DNA of 64,000 nt, from positions 4,713 through 68,712 of the forward strand of contig CAZYTH010000003.1 of the NCBI GenBank assembly GCA_964649715.1, given 5' to 3'. The notes beneath the pieces are model-generated. The model was given only the letters and a program-made list of their open reading frames with translations, was not told the DNA's origin and ran no database searches. Each line of letters begins with the position of its first letter. Position 1 is the first letter of the stretch. Source of the stretch: an uncultured Candidatus Saccharibacteria bacterium (GTDB taxonomy: Bacteria; Patescibacteriota; Minisyncoccia; Phycocordibacterales; UBA12445). Below are positions 1-9,938 of the stretch, piece after piece. A program made the translations under genes and the position numbers.

Positions 1-372
1 ATATTTCAGCTCTTAATAAAAAAAGATTGCCGAATCTAGAATCAAAAAAACTTTTAACAATATCTGTGTGTGTATTAAAAAGTATCATTCCTGCTATAAA
101 TTTAGATTCATTACCAAGATAAAGTGAATTAAAGAAACAGTTTAGCATTAAAAAAGAAACCAAAAAGGCAAAAAGAATAGCAAAAATTCCGACAATTATT
201 TCTACATCCGAAACATGCCCCAAAAAATAAGCAAACACAAAAATAGTTCCCAATAAAATAGAAAATATCTTTAACACAGAAACTATCTTTTTCCTTATGT
301 AAACAGGTAGATAACTCTCTAAAAATAAAATAGGATAAAAAGAAAGTCTTTTTAATAATTTTGCGATATCTT

Positions 373-753
373 TCATTTATAAAAAATAAGATAAATACCG
401 GCACTAAATAAAGAAATAAGAATAACAGGGAGAAACAACCACAATAAAATAAATATAAAACCCAGAGCAAAACAGAATACAAAAGATACTAATCCGATAA
501 AAATTGTACTTATCCTAATACCAAAACCGACCACCCTCATTAACGTGTTGATTATAATAAAACCAGGATCAAAAAATTTTTTCTTTTCACCACCGAGCCT
601 TCTCCATGGATGAAACAAAGAAAATAATAAAATTTTTACAGAAAAATATTCCAGAACAAAAAATAGAAAATTTTTCCAAATAAAAAAAACGTCCAGTAAC
701 GCTTTCGTATAGTGCCAAATAAAATAATTTATAAGAAATGAAAACAATCCCAT
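373..753 (-). CDS. hypothetical polytopic membrane protein. The alternative-frame ORF 129..482 overlaps it, so this may be one gene with a frameshift or a low-complexity artefact.
   Basis: Hydrophobic 126-aa ORF with no recognisable motif. Confidence 0.3.
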   Translation of the reverse strand: MGLFSFLINYFIWHYTKALLDVFFIWKNFLFFVLEYFSVKILLFSLFHPWRRLGGEKKKFFDPGFIIINTLMRVVGFGIRISTIFIGLVSFVFCFALGFIFILLWLFLPVILISLFSAGIYLIFYK

Positions 754-757
754 TAGT

Positions 758-1729
758 CTATTGTAACACGACAGATGATTGATTCAAATCTTTAGAAGCT
801 TCTCTGAATTTATAAAAAACCTTTTTTCCATAACGAAGATCTACATATTCAATAACACCTCCACTCTTTTTTAGATTATCTATAAATGTATCTGTTTTAA
901 AAGTAATACTCATATTCCTGAGGACACGAACAAGTCTAGATTCGAAATCACCCATATCCTCCTCGGACTTAAGTATACTATTTTGCGCGCTAGCCAAAGA
1001 ATCGTTCAAAACACCTTCTTTTCTCGTTGTAAATTTTATCACCCAATTATTTTTATCACTGTCGCTAATATACAAAGAAAAGTTATTCTCCGGAGTTACT
1101 TCAATGTGTGATATTTTATATTCCTTATTTATGTTTTCTCTTATTATCCCTTCTGCTTGAGAAATGAACATGGATATCTTTTTTAGCTTATCTCCATCCA
1201 TCATTCTTTTGCCTAGTTTGTTATCTTTTTTTAAAATAGAAACCGTATCCTCTCCAAAAATTTTCAATAGAGATGTTTCTTTTTCCTTAACAATATCAAA
1301 AGAAAAACCATTATAATCCAAATAAAAACACTCGGCATGCGGGCACCATACATAGGCTGGTTCCCTCTCCTTTATTATTAATGCTATTTTTTTTAATTCC
1401 AAAAAATTTATTGTTACGTCCTCCGCTCTTAGATATTCTGACAAGATCTTCTCTTTTATTTTGTTTTTCGGATAAATAAAAAGGTTGCTCTTTGGAAAAA
1501 GATAAAAATAGAAACCCGACATTTCCTCTGAAACTACCCCAAAAAGTTCTTTACTTCCCAAAACCTTATTACCTGATATTACGACCTTATCAATTATTAG
1601 ATTATCTTTTTGAAAAACATAGGCCGAATAAACAAATAATGATATTAGAGAAGCAAAAATAAGCGAAATAAATTCGAACGTCTTTTTTCGCTTCATCTTT
1701 TTTCTTGAATTTCTAACTATATCTTTCAA
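758..1729 (-). CDS. ftsQ: FtsQ/DivIB-like cell-division protein.
   Basis: N-terminal basic stretch plus a transmembrane segment, followed by a POTRA-like region (VVISGNKVLGSKEL). Size is typical of FtsQ. Confidence 0.5.
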   Translation of the reverse strand: MKDIVRNSRKKMKRKKTFEFISLIFASLISLFVYSAYVFQKDNLIIDKVVISGNKVLGSKELFGVVSEEMSGFYFYLFPKSNLFIYPKNKIKEKILSEYLRAEDVTINFLELKKIALIIKEREPAYVWCPHAECFYLDYNGFSFDIVKEKETSLLKIFGEDTVSILKKDNKLGKRMMDGDKLKKISMFISQAEGIIRENINKEYKISHIEVTPENNFSLYISDSDKNNWVIKFTTRKEGVLNDSLASAQNSILKSEEDMGDFESRLVRVLRNMSITFKTDTFIDNLKKSGGVIEYVDLRYGKKVFYKFREASKDLNQSSVVLQ

Positions 1730-1825
1730 GTTATATTCTGCTTACAAACATATAATGATTACTGCTAATATTATAACACTTAAACCCCTTTTTAAATAAG
1801 GGGTTATATTTGTGATTTATTTTTT

Positions 1826-3094
1826 TTACTTTGAGATAATATCTTTTCCCCCCATATAGGGCCTCAATACCTCTGGTATTACAACGGAACCGTCTGCTTG
1901 TTGATAATTCTCTAATATAGAAATAAGAATTCTCGGTGTCGCTATGGCTGTATTATTCAAAGAGTGAGCAAATTTCAACTTTCCGTCATCGTCTTTGTAT
2001 TTAATGTTAAGTCTTCTTGTTTGAAAATCATGAAAATAAGAAGCTGAATGAGATTCCCTGTATTTACTATCCGAAGGAACCCAGACCTCAATATCGTATT
2101 TTTTTACCTGACCCTGTCCGAGATCACCTCCACAATTCACAACAACATGATAAGGGATTTTAAGATCCTGCAGAAGTTTCTCTGCATTATTAGTAATCTC
2201 TTCATGTATTTTTACCGAAGCCTCATGACTAGCCTCACACAGAACCACCTGCTCTATTTTCATAAACTCATGAACACGATATATCCCTTTTACATCCTTT
2301 CCATGACTACCTATTTCACGTCTGAAACAAGAAGAAAAAGAAACGAATTTTACAGGAAGTTGTTTTTTTTCCAAAACTTCATTCATATAATATCCCATAG
2401 TTGGAACTTCTGCTGTACCAGCAAGATACATTTCATCCTGAACCTTATATAAATCTTCTTCCCCATGCGGCAAATATCCTGTACCAAAAAAAGATTCTTT
2501 TTTTACAAGTGAGGGACAAAGCATTGGGATAAAACCCCTAGACATCATTTGATCTAAAACATATCTCCAAATAGCAAAACAAAGAGTTACTCCTTCATTT
2601 TTCAAAAAATAACCACGAAAACCGGCGACCTTTGTACCTTTCTCAAAATCAGCAAGATCCAAATCCTCCATAAGCTGAATGTGGTTCTTTGGTACAAAGT
2701 CAAATTTTGGTATCTCCCCCCATGTCTTTAATTCTTTATTTTCAGCGTCAGAAGATCCCTCCGGAACAGACATGTCGGGAATATTGGGAACTTGAAGCAT
2801 AAGTAATCTCCATTTTTTCATCACATCATTCATTCGCTCTTCTTTTTTCTGAAGTTCCTCTTTTAAATTCTTCATCTCAAAAATAAGATCATTTCTTGTC
2901 TGGAGGTCTTGAGCCCCACTAATCTTTGCATTCATTGAATTCTGCCTTGCGCGCATATCGTCAACTTCTTTTATGAGAAAAATTCTATCACCTTCTGCCT
3001 CCAAAAGTTCTTCTATTTTGAAATCTATGCGTTTCTTCCTCGCGGCCTCCTTTATGAGGTCCGAATTTTCTTTAATAAATTTAATATCTAACAT
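1826..3094 (-). CDS. serS: seryl-tRNA synthetase. The likely start is the internal MLDIKFIKEN; the ORF track begins 9 codons upstream.
   Basis: Class II aaRS motifs are present: N-terminal coiled coil, FRREIGSHGKDVKGIYRVHEF, and a GSxxxIxR-like C-terminus. Confidence 0.9.
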   Translation of the reverse strand: MLDIKFIKENSDLIKEAARKKRIDFKIEELLEAEGDRIFLIKEVDDMRARQNSMNAKISGAQDLQTRNDLIFEMKNLKEELQKKEERMNDVMKKWRLLMLQVPNIPDMSVPEGSSDAENKELKTWGEIPKFDFVPKNHIQLMEDLDLADFEKGTKVAGFRGYFLKNEGVTLCFAIWRYVLDQMMSRGFIPMLCPSLVKKESFFGTGYLPHGEEDLYKVQDEMYLAGTAEVPTMGYYMNEVLEKKQLPVKFVSFSSCFRREIGSHGKDVKGIYRVHEFMKIEQVVLCEASHEASVKIHEEITNNAEKLLQDLKIPYHVVVNCGGDLGQGQVKKYDIEVWVPSDSKYRESHSASYFHDFQTRRLNIKYKDDDGKLKFAHSLNNTAIATPRILISILENYQQADGSVVIPEVLRPYMGGKDIISK

Positions 3095-3124
3095 AAAAAG
3101 AATATTAACAAAAAATACCAAAAA

Positions 3125-4015
3125 ATGGTAGTATCTCTCTCAATGACAAAATTAAGAAAATTAAAGTCGGAGGAAATACCCAAAAGGATACTTGAAATAC
3201 CACAACCACCGAAACAGCTATATATTGAAGGAACAATACCAGATGAAGATGAATATTTATTTTTGGCAGTTGTTGGTTCACGAAAATTTTCAACTTATGG
3301 AAAAGAAGCTTGTGAAAAAATAATCTCAGAATTGTCGGGTCAAAATATCGTAATAGTTTCCGGGCTTGCATACGGGATAGATACTTTCGCCCACAAAAGT
3401 GCAATCAAGTATGGTTTAAAAACAGTGGCATTCCCTGGGTCGGGTCTCTCCAGAAAAGTTCTTTATCCTTCAATGAACAGAAAATTAGCAGAAGAAATAT
3501 TAGTGCAAAAAGGGGCCCTAGTTTCTGAATTTGAACCGGAACAGCCTGCTACAACCTACACTTTTCCACAAAGAAACAGAATAATGGCAGGTATATCAAA
3601 TGCTGTCCTTGTGGTAGAGGCAATGGAAAAATCAGGAACCTTGATAACCGCAAGATTGGCCACAGATTACAACCGCGAACTTTTGGTTGTTCCTGGCTCT
3701 ATCTTCTCTCCAAACTCGGCGGGTTCAAACAAACTTATTAATCAAGGGGCCACTCCTGTGTCCTCTGGCGAAGATGTTTTAAGACAACTTGGAATAGATA
3801 TAGATAGAAAACAGAAAGAATTGAATCTAGATAATCCCGAATTCTCAAAAATCGAAAAAATGATTCTAGGGTTTTTGTCTGTGGAACCACTATTAAGAGA
3901 TGAACTTATAAAAAAAACGGGGCTCACCATAAGCGAAGCGAACACAACACTTTCAATTATGGAAATAAAGGGTCTTATCAAAGAATCTATGGGACAAATA
4001 AGAATGGATTTTTAA
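3125..4015 (+). CDS. dprA: DNA processing protein DprA/Smf.
   Basis: Rossmann-like DprA core (LAVVGSRKFSTYGKEA...VSGLAYGIDTFAH...ITARLA) followed by a C-terminal winged-helix-like tail. Confidence 0.85.
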   Translation: MVVSLSMTKLRKLKSEEIPKRILEIPQPPKQLYIEGTIPDEDEYLFLAVVGSRKFSTYGKEACEKIISELSGQNIVIVSGLAYGIDTFAHKSAIKYGLKTVAFPGSGLSRKVLYPSMNRKLAEEILVQKGALVSEFEPEQPATTYTFPQRNRIMAGISNAVLVVEAMEKSGTLITARLATDYNRELLVVPGSIFSPNSAGSNKLINQGATPVSSGEDVLRQLGIDIDRKQKELNLDNPEFSKIEKMILGFLSVEPLLRDELIKKTGLTISEANTTLSIMEIKGLIKESMGQIRMDF

Positions 4016-4170
4016 TTATTTTGAATACAATTTTCCCCACACCTCCCATGATTCAATATTTAATATATGGATAGTAAATAGGACTTGAAAAAGTAAACAT
4101 AAATGTTAGTCTTTGCTTTGTCTTTGCTCTTTAAAAATAGACATTTTAAACAGACAAAAGGAGAACACTA

Positions 4171-4509
4171 TTGAGAACATGGCATTCTTTGATCATCTTC
4201 CTTTTTTTCTTTAACCTAATAGCACAAACATCTTTTGCTCAAGAAAATATCTTCCAAGGGAGAATATTTACAAACTCTTTTAAACCAATTAAAAAATACG
4301 AAAGTGACTTTCAAAAAGCCACAAAAGAAAATCCTAAAATATTTGTAAATTTCTTAAACAAACTTTTTAAAAATTTTACAATGAAAGAGAAATTAAGGTT
4401 TTTTTTACTGATCGAAGAAGATCTTGTAACGAACAAAGTCGACCCAAAAGATATTTACAAAATAATAGATCTTGCTCTGGGCCCAAAAACAAAAAAGAAG
4501 AAAGAATAA
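4171..4509 (+). CDS. small secreted hypothetical protein with a TTG start.
   Basis: AAGGAG lies 8 nt upstream of the TTG. Signal-peptide-like N-terminus ending AQTSFAQE, with a Lys-rich tail. Confidence 0.4.
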   Translation: MRTWHSLIIFLFFFNLIAQTSFAQENIFQGRIFTNSFKPIKKYESDFQKATKENPKIFVNFLNKLFKNFTMKEKLRFFLLIEEDLVTNKVDPKDIYKIIDLALGPKTKKKKE

Positions 4510-4674
4510 ATAACGAAATCAACACGTCTGTATAAGAATGAAGAATTTATAGAAACATTCAAGCAGGGCGGACTTCGGTCTGCTCTTTTTAAATTCACAA
4601 AAAACCAAATTTGACTTTTTTGTCAAAAACACATTACTATACTCCAATAACTCTTTGTTTAATTTTTACACTAA

Positions 4675-6840
4675 ATGAAACTTTTAATAGTTGAGTCTCC
4701 GGCAAAAGCAAAAACAATCTCAAAGTATTTGAACAATGAATATAACGTAAAAGCTTCTGTCGGACACATCAGGGATTTACCGAAAAGCAATAAAGATGCC
4801 ATCGACATAGAGGGTGGATTTATCCCCCGCTATGAAATCTCTAAGGGAAAAGAAAAAGTTGTCTCGGAACTTAAAAGTCTATCAAAAAAAGCAGAAGAAA
4901 TACTTCTAGCGCCAGACCCCGATCGAGAAGGAGAAGCCATAGCTTGGCACATAAGCGAAGCTCTTAATTTGAAGAATCCCAAAAGAGTAACTTTCAACGA
5001 AATAACAGAAGAAGCTGTCAAAGAAGCTGTCAAACATCCCCGAAAGATAGATGACAATCTAAAGAAAGCCCAAGAAGCACGACGAGTTTTAGACAGAATT
5101 GTGGGGTACGATTTATCTGGGCTTATCTGGAAAAAAGTTCGCTATGGTTTATCCGCCGGACGTGTTCAGTCCCCCGCCCTTCGTATAATAATGGAGAAAG
5201 AACGCGAAATAAGGGCTTTTATCCCAGAAAATTACTGGGTCATCGAAGCCGACACAAAGACTGCAAAAAACGAACGAGCAACTTTCAAATATTCCGAAGA
5301 GCCCAAGACAGAAGAAGAAGCGGATCTGGTAGTAAAAGCGACCGAGGGTTCTGATTTAACGATCATCAACATCGAAGAAAGCAATTATGCAAGAAAACCC
5401 CGCGCGCCTTTTTCAACATCCACCCTTCAACAATCAGCGAGTTCGCAACTTGGCTTCTCTCCTTCTCGCACAATGAAGATCGCACAAAAACTCTACGAAG
5501 CGGGGCATATTACATACATGAGGACCGATAGCACGAACCTAAGCGATTATGCGATCGCCGGAATAAAGAATGCCATACTAAAAGAATACGGCGACAAATT
5601 CTGGAGTCCAAAAGAATATAAGACTAAAGTAAAGAATGCCCAGGAAGCTCACGAAGCTGTAAGACCTTCAAAATTTGAAAATAAAACAATAATGGGATCG
5701 GAAGAAGAAAAAGATCTCTATGAACTCATTTGGAAAAGGACGGTTGCAAGCCAAATGCCGGATGCTCTATTCATAAAAACAAGAATAATGGCCGAAACAG
5801 AAGATAAGACCATAAAACCATACCAAGTAAACGGCTCACGACTCACATCTCCCGGATGGCTTCTTTGTGACCTCGGTGCTAAGGGAGATGATATTATCTT
5901 ACCTGAGATTAAAAAAGGAGAAAAATTAAAAGTGACCGCAGTAAATTCCGAAGGAAAACAAACCGAACCACCAGGAAGATACTCCGAGGCTGGACTAGTA
6001 AAAGAACTTGAAAAAAGAGGAATTGGACGCCCGAGTACCTATGCTTCTATCATTCAAACCTTGATTTCAAGGGGCTATGTCGAAAAAGAAAATAAATCAC
6101 TCAAACCTACCGATACAGGAGAAGTTGTGAATAATTTCCTCGAAGAACATTTCAGTGGAATAATAAGCGATACATTCACAGCACAAATGGAGGAAGACCT
6201 CGATGACATTGCGAACGGAACAAAAGATTACGAGAAAACCCTGCGAACTTTTTACACGCCCTTTCAAAAGGAAATTAAATCCAAAGATAAAGTCGCAAAA
6301 GTTACCACACTCGGTGAAGCTCCAAAAGATATTAAATGCCCCACATGTGCGGGCAGAATGGTGATAAAACTTGGAAGATCGGGAAAATTCTTGAGCTGTG
6401 AAAAATTTCCTGAATGCGAAGGCGCAAGGACGATGGAAGGCGAAGCGATGGAAGGACCAAAAGAAACCGGCGAAGTTTGTCCCGAATGTAAAGACGGAAA
6501 ACTTGTCGAAAGACATGGAAAATTCGGCACCTTTATCGCCTGTTCAAAATATCCTAAATGTAAATATATAAAAAAAGAGGACGCTGAAGGAAAACCGCTA
6601 AATACGACAGGTGTAAAATGCCCCGAGTGCAAGAACGGCGAACTTGCGGAAAGGCGCGGAAGATTTGGAGTATTTTACAGTTGTACAAATTATCCTAAAT
6701 GCAAATTTGCAATCAAAGCGAAGCCGACTGGCCGAGTCTGCGATAAATGCGGAAGCTTGATGATGGAAGGCACAAAGACGATCCCAGAGAGGTGCTCAAA
6801 TAAGGTTTGCGAGAACCATCGTCCTAAAATTACGAATTAG
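4675..6840 (+). CDS. topA: DNA topoisomerase I with multiple C-terminal zinc-ribbon modules.
   Basis: Toprim N-terminus (LLIVESPAKAKTI), the active-site tyrosine region (HITYMRTDS), and three or more CxxC...CxxC ribbons. Confidence 0.95.
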   Translation: MKLLIVESPAKAKTISKYLNNEYNVKASVGHIRDLPKSNKDAIDIEGGFIPRYEISKGKEKVVSELKSLSKKAEEILLAPDPDREGEAIAWHISEALNLKNPKRVTFNEITEEAVKEAVKHPRKIDDNLKKAQEARRVLDRIVGYDLSGLIWKKVRYGLSAGRVQSPALRIIMEKEREIRAFIPENYWVIEADTKTAKNERATFKYSEEPKTEEEADLVVKATEGSDLTIINIEESNYARKPRAPFSTSTLQQSASSQLGFSPSRTMKIAQKLYEAGHITYMRTDSTNLSDYAIAGIKNAILKEYGDKFWSPKEYKTKVKNAQEAHEAVRPSKFENKTIMGSEEEKDLYELIWKRTVASQMPDALFIKTRIMAETEDKTIKPYQVNGSRLTSPGWLLCDLGAKGDDIILPEIKKGEKLKVTAVNSEGKQTEPPGRYSEAGLVKELEKRGIGRPSTYASIIQTLISRGYVEKENKSLKPTDTGEVVNNFLEEHFSGIISDTFTAQMEEDLDDIANGTKDYEKTLRTFYTPFQKEIKSKDKVAKVTTLGEAPKDIKCPTCAGRMVIKLGRSGKFLSCEKFPECEGARTMEGEAMEGPKETGEVCPECKDGKLVERHGKFGTFIACSKYPKCKYIKKEDAEGKPLNTTGVKCPECKNGELAERRGRFGVFYSCTNYPKCKFAIKAKPTGRVCDKCGSLMMEGTKTIPERCSNKVCENHRPKITN

Positions 6841-6865
6841 TAATTACGAATTTTCAACTCTTTTT

Positions 6866-7060
6866 TGCCTGCCCCGTAGCGAGCTATGCTCTGCTACTGG
6901 GGTCATTCCCGACCTGATCGGGAATCCATGGCTGTGAAAAAACATGGATCCCGGATCGGGGTCCGGGATGACAAGAGAGAGATGCTTCCCGTCATTGCGA
7001 GAAAAGCAAAGCTATCCAGTGTTTGAGTTTGTATGTCATTCCGAGCTTGACCCGGAATCC
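6866..7060. repeat. cluster of GC-rich hairpin repeat units with GTCATT...GGAATCC-type termini, plus additional stem-loops.
   Basis: Units at 6903-6928 (gtcattcccga-cctga-tcgggaatcc), 6991-7017 (gtcattgcgag...ctatcc) and 7035-7060 (gtcattccgag-cttgac-ccggaatcc). A separate hairpin at 6948-6969 reads atcccgga-tcgggg-tccgggat. Confidence 0.7.
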
Positions 7061-7062
7061 AA

Positions 7063-7118
7063 TTTTTTATTCACTATAGTATTATTCCAATTGGAATAAT
7101 ACTATAGTGAATAAAAAA
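7063..7118. repeat. perfect 56-bp AT-rich palindrome with 28-nt arms centred on ccaa|ttgg.
   Basis: ttttttattcactatagtattattccaa followed by its exact reverse complement ttggaataatactatagtgaataaaaaa. Confidence 0.9.
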
Positions 7119-7127
7119 ATAGAACGA

Positions 7128-7152
7128 AAAAAGCGGGGAATATCCCGCTTTT
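7128..7152. terminator. bidirectional intrinsic terminator.
   Basis: aaaaa-GCGGGA-ata-TCCCGC-ttttt. It sits between topA on the plus strand and the converging minus-strand gene. Confidence 0.7.
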
Positions 7153-7165
7153 TAAACTTAACAAA

Positions 7166-7753
7166 TTATCTTTGCGATGAGTTAATCCCGCTCTCAAATT
7201 GTTTGATGATTTGATCATAATTACCACAGATGCTGATTTCAAACAAATAACGAGCCAAGAAATAATTCTCCCTTCCTGTAAACCCTTTTAACGCGAGGTC
7301 CTTAAAAGCCACCGGACACACTTTTTCAAGCTCGCCATAAGACAAACCCCTGAACAGATAAATCAACTTTTCAATATACCTTCCCGGATACTTCCTGATT
7401 GTTTGACGGAAGGAATCGTTGGAAAAAATTTTATCGGCACGCGTAACCCAGAAATAATAATACATTTTTCCGGATTCGCCCTGCGTAGAACACTGGTATC
7501 CCAAACAATAACGACTATCCTTCTTTCCGTATTCATCAGAAGAAATCGGATCGTCGGATGTTTTTCCTTTCATCAATTCAATTCCCGCTAGTAGTTTGGC
7601 ACGAAATTCTTCGTAGAAATATTCATTGAGCACGTGAATTGTGGCAACGACAATATTTTTTTCTTTCAGTCTCTCATACGCCGGGCCGGCATTTGCTGGC
7701 AAAAGCGAGAACAAAAAGAAAAGAACAAGCGAGAGACCAAGAACCTTTTTCAT
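7166..7753 (-). CDS. secreted hypothetical protein.
   Basis: Clear signal peptide (MKKVLGLSLVLFFLFSLLPANA). No recognisable catalytic motif. Confidence 0.5.
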   Translation of the reverse strand: MKKVLGLSLVLFFLFSLLPANAGPAYERLKEKNIVVATIHVLNEYFYEEFRAKLLAGIELMKGKTSDDPISSDEYGKKDSRYCLGYQCSTQGESGKMYYYFWVTRADKIFSNDSFRQTIRKYPGRYIEKLIYLFRGLSYGELEKVCPVAFKDLALKGFTGRENYFLARYLFEISICGNYDQIIKQFESGINSSQR

Positions 7754-7764
7754 GGATTACCTCC

Positions 7765-8184
7765 CTATTTTGCTTCCTCGGAGACATCCGAGCCATTATC
7801 TGATCCGCTGGAAATTTCTTTTATTACCAGATCAACAATCTGTGGCCCATAAACAATGTCGCCATCCTCATTAAACCTCACCAATTTCATTGCCTCGCGA
7901 ATATTGACCGAACCTCTTTTCTTGTTGAGCGTATAAACGAAAAGCGGACCGGACGGAGACTCTTCAACGAAGAAATTAAAGAAAACAGGCTTCATCGAAG
8001 TCAGACATGCTCGCATGAATTGCTGATGAAAAAGATATTTAAGAAATGATATGAACATATCCTCTTTTGTGAGTGGCTTTTTTGATTCCTCATTATTTCC
8101 TTTTTCAATTTCTTTACTCTTTTGCCAACCGAAACGGAATAAAGTGATGACACCAACAGATGACACCAACAAGAATGAGAGCAA
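7765..8184 (-). CDS. membrane-anchored hypothetical protein.
   Basis: N-terminal transmembrane segment followed by a charged soluble domain. Confidence 0.4.
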   Translation of the reverse strand: MLSFLLVSSVGVITLFRFGWQKSKEIEKGNNEESKKPLTKEDMFISFLKYLFHQQFMRACLTSMKPVFFNFFVEESPSGPLFVYTLNKKRGSVNIREAMKLVRFNEDGDIVYGPQIVDLVIKEISSGSDNGSDVSEEAK

Positions 8185-8416
8185 GCAACACCACCAAAAA
8201 CCACATCATAACCACCTCCATTTATGATTTTATCAAAGTCCTGAACCGCCATTCATCCTAACAGAAAAACGCAAAAAGTAAAACAAAAAAGATTCATGAT
8301 TTAGGATATCTCTTAAAAATGTGTTTAATTTTTATTCATAGACAATGAATCGTGAATCATAAATCGTCTTACTCCCTCTTGTCACCATTCATCAATAAAA
8401 GTATTATAATAATCAT

Positions 8417-9934
8417 ATGGTAGCAGAAAAAAATACGGAAAATAACATATGTATCGATTGCTCAAAAGATGTACAAGAAATTTTGACATTAATGACAAGA
8501 CCCACAAAAGAGGATGAGGCTTTAATTCAAAAATCTTACGATTTCGCAAAAGAGGCACATAAAACACACAAAAGACTTTCTGGAGAGCCTTATTTAGTTC
8601 ATCTTGTTAGTACGGCAAAAAATTTAGCAAATATAAAAGCTGATGCTCAAACCGTAGCAGCAGGACTTCTTCATGATGTTCTTGAGGATACTGATACGGC
8701 AAGAGAAACCATACTAAAAAATTTCGGCGAAGACATCCTTTTTATGATAGAAGGCGTAACAAAACTAGGAAAAATAAAATACCACGGCCTAGAGAGACAT
8801 GCCGAAAGCTTAAGAAAGCTTTTTATAGCAACAGCCAAAGATGTTCGAGTTCTTTTAATAAAACTTGCTGATAGATTAAACAATGCAGATACTTTAGAAA
8901 ATTTATTTCAAGTTCGTCCAGACAAAGCAAAAAGAATTGCTGTTGAAACCCTTGAAATATATGCTCCAATTGCTAATAGACTTGGGATGGGACAAATAAA
9001 AGGAAAACTTGAGGATGACGCTTTCCCTTATATACAGCCCGAAGAATATAAGCAAACATTAAAACTTAGACAGACAAAAGCAAAAGAATTCTCCAAGAGA
9101 CTTGAAAAAATAAGCAGGGATCTTGCAAAAAGACTTGTAAAATCTGGAATTGTTAAATTTAAAACAGATTTCAGAGTAAAGCACATCTATAGTCTTTTTA
9201 AAAAACTAGAACGATATAATATGGACATAGATAAAATATATGACATTCTTGCTCTGCGTGTAATCGTTCCTTCAACAGAAGATTGTTATCGTGTTCTCGG
9301 TATTGTTCATAGCACATGGAGACCTCTCCCAGAAAAACTAAAAGATTATATTGCCGTTCCCAAACCAAACGGATATCAAAGTATTCACACTGTTATTTTT
9401 ACCGGAGATGGTGGTATCGTTGAAATACAGATAAGAAGTGAAGTAATGCACGAAGAAGCTGAGTTTGGTATCGCCTCACACCTTTTGTATGACGAACAGG
9501 GCAAACCAAAGAGTGGTGGAAATATAAATAAAGCCGACAAAAGAATACGCTGGATAGACCAACTTATTGAATGGCAAAAGAATATTCATGAATCAGGAAA
9601 TTTTATGGAAAACCTAAAAACTGATTTCTTCAAAAACCAAATCTTTGTTTTTACACCAAAGGGCGATGTTGTTGAGCTCCCTGAAGGATCTGGCCCGATA
9701 GATTTTGCCTACATGATTCATACAGATATTGGAAACCATGCTTTTGGTGCTAAGATAAACGGAAAATTTTCTGCTTTTGATACCACACTCAAAAATAGTG
9801 ATATTGTTGAAATACTCACAAAAGAAAATAGCAAGCCAAGTCAAAAATGGTTTGAATATGCCAAAACTTCTGAAGCAAAAAAAAGAATAAGGATTGCTTT
9901 ATGCAAAAGTGAACCCAAAAACACTAAAAAATAA
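8417..9934 (+). CDS. rel: short RelA/SpoT-homologue (p)ppGpp synthetase/hydrolase. HD, synthetase and TGS domains are present; there is no C-terminal ACT region.
   Basis: HD motif (HLVSTAKNL...LLHDVLEDT), synthetase core (DILALRVIVPSTEDCYRVLG...RPLPEKLKDYIAVPKPNGYQSIH) and TGS (IFVFTPKGDVVELPEGSGPIDFAY). Confidence 0.85.
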   Translation: MVAEKNTENNICIDCSKDVQEILTLMTRPTKEDEALIQKSYDFAKEAHKTHKRLSGEPYLVHLVSTAKNLANIKADAQTVAAGLLHDVLEDTDTARETILKNFGEDILFMIEGVTKLGKIKYHGLERHAESLRKLFIATAKDVRVLLIKLADRLNNADTLENLFQVRPDKAKRIAVETLEIYAPIANRLGMGQIKGKLEDDAFPYIQPEEYKQTLKLRQTKAKEFSKRLEKISRDLAKRLVKSGIVKFKTDFRVKHIYSLFKKLERYNMDIDKIYDILALRVIVPSTEDCYRVLGIVHSTWRPLPEKLKDYIAVPKPNGYQSIHTVIFTGDGGIVEIQIRSEVMHEEAEFGIASHLLYDEQGKPKSGGNINKADKRIRWIDQLIEWQKNIHESGNFMENLKTDFFKNQIFVFTPKGDVVELPEGSGPIDFAYMIHTDIGNHAFGAKINGKFSAFDTTLKNSDIVEILTKENSKPSQKWFEYAKTSEAKKRIRIALCKSEPKNTKK

Positions 9935-9938
9935 TTTT

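Noticed and set aside
129-482. 117-aa minus-strand ORF overlapping 373..753 in another frame.
   Set aside because: The sequence is low-complexity and Phe/Leu-rich, typical of AT-rich frames. It overlaps the more plausible membrane-protein frame. At most it indicates a frameshift in a single gene.
2048-2452. Plus-strand 134-aa ORF inside serS, and similar antisense ORFs listed in the track inside topA, uvrA, uvrB, the 940-aa gene and the TSP1 gene.
   Set aside because: They lie antisense to strongly supported genes, with low-complexity translations.
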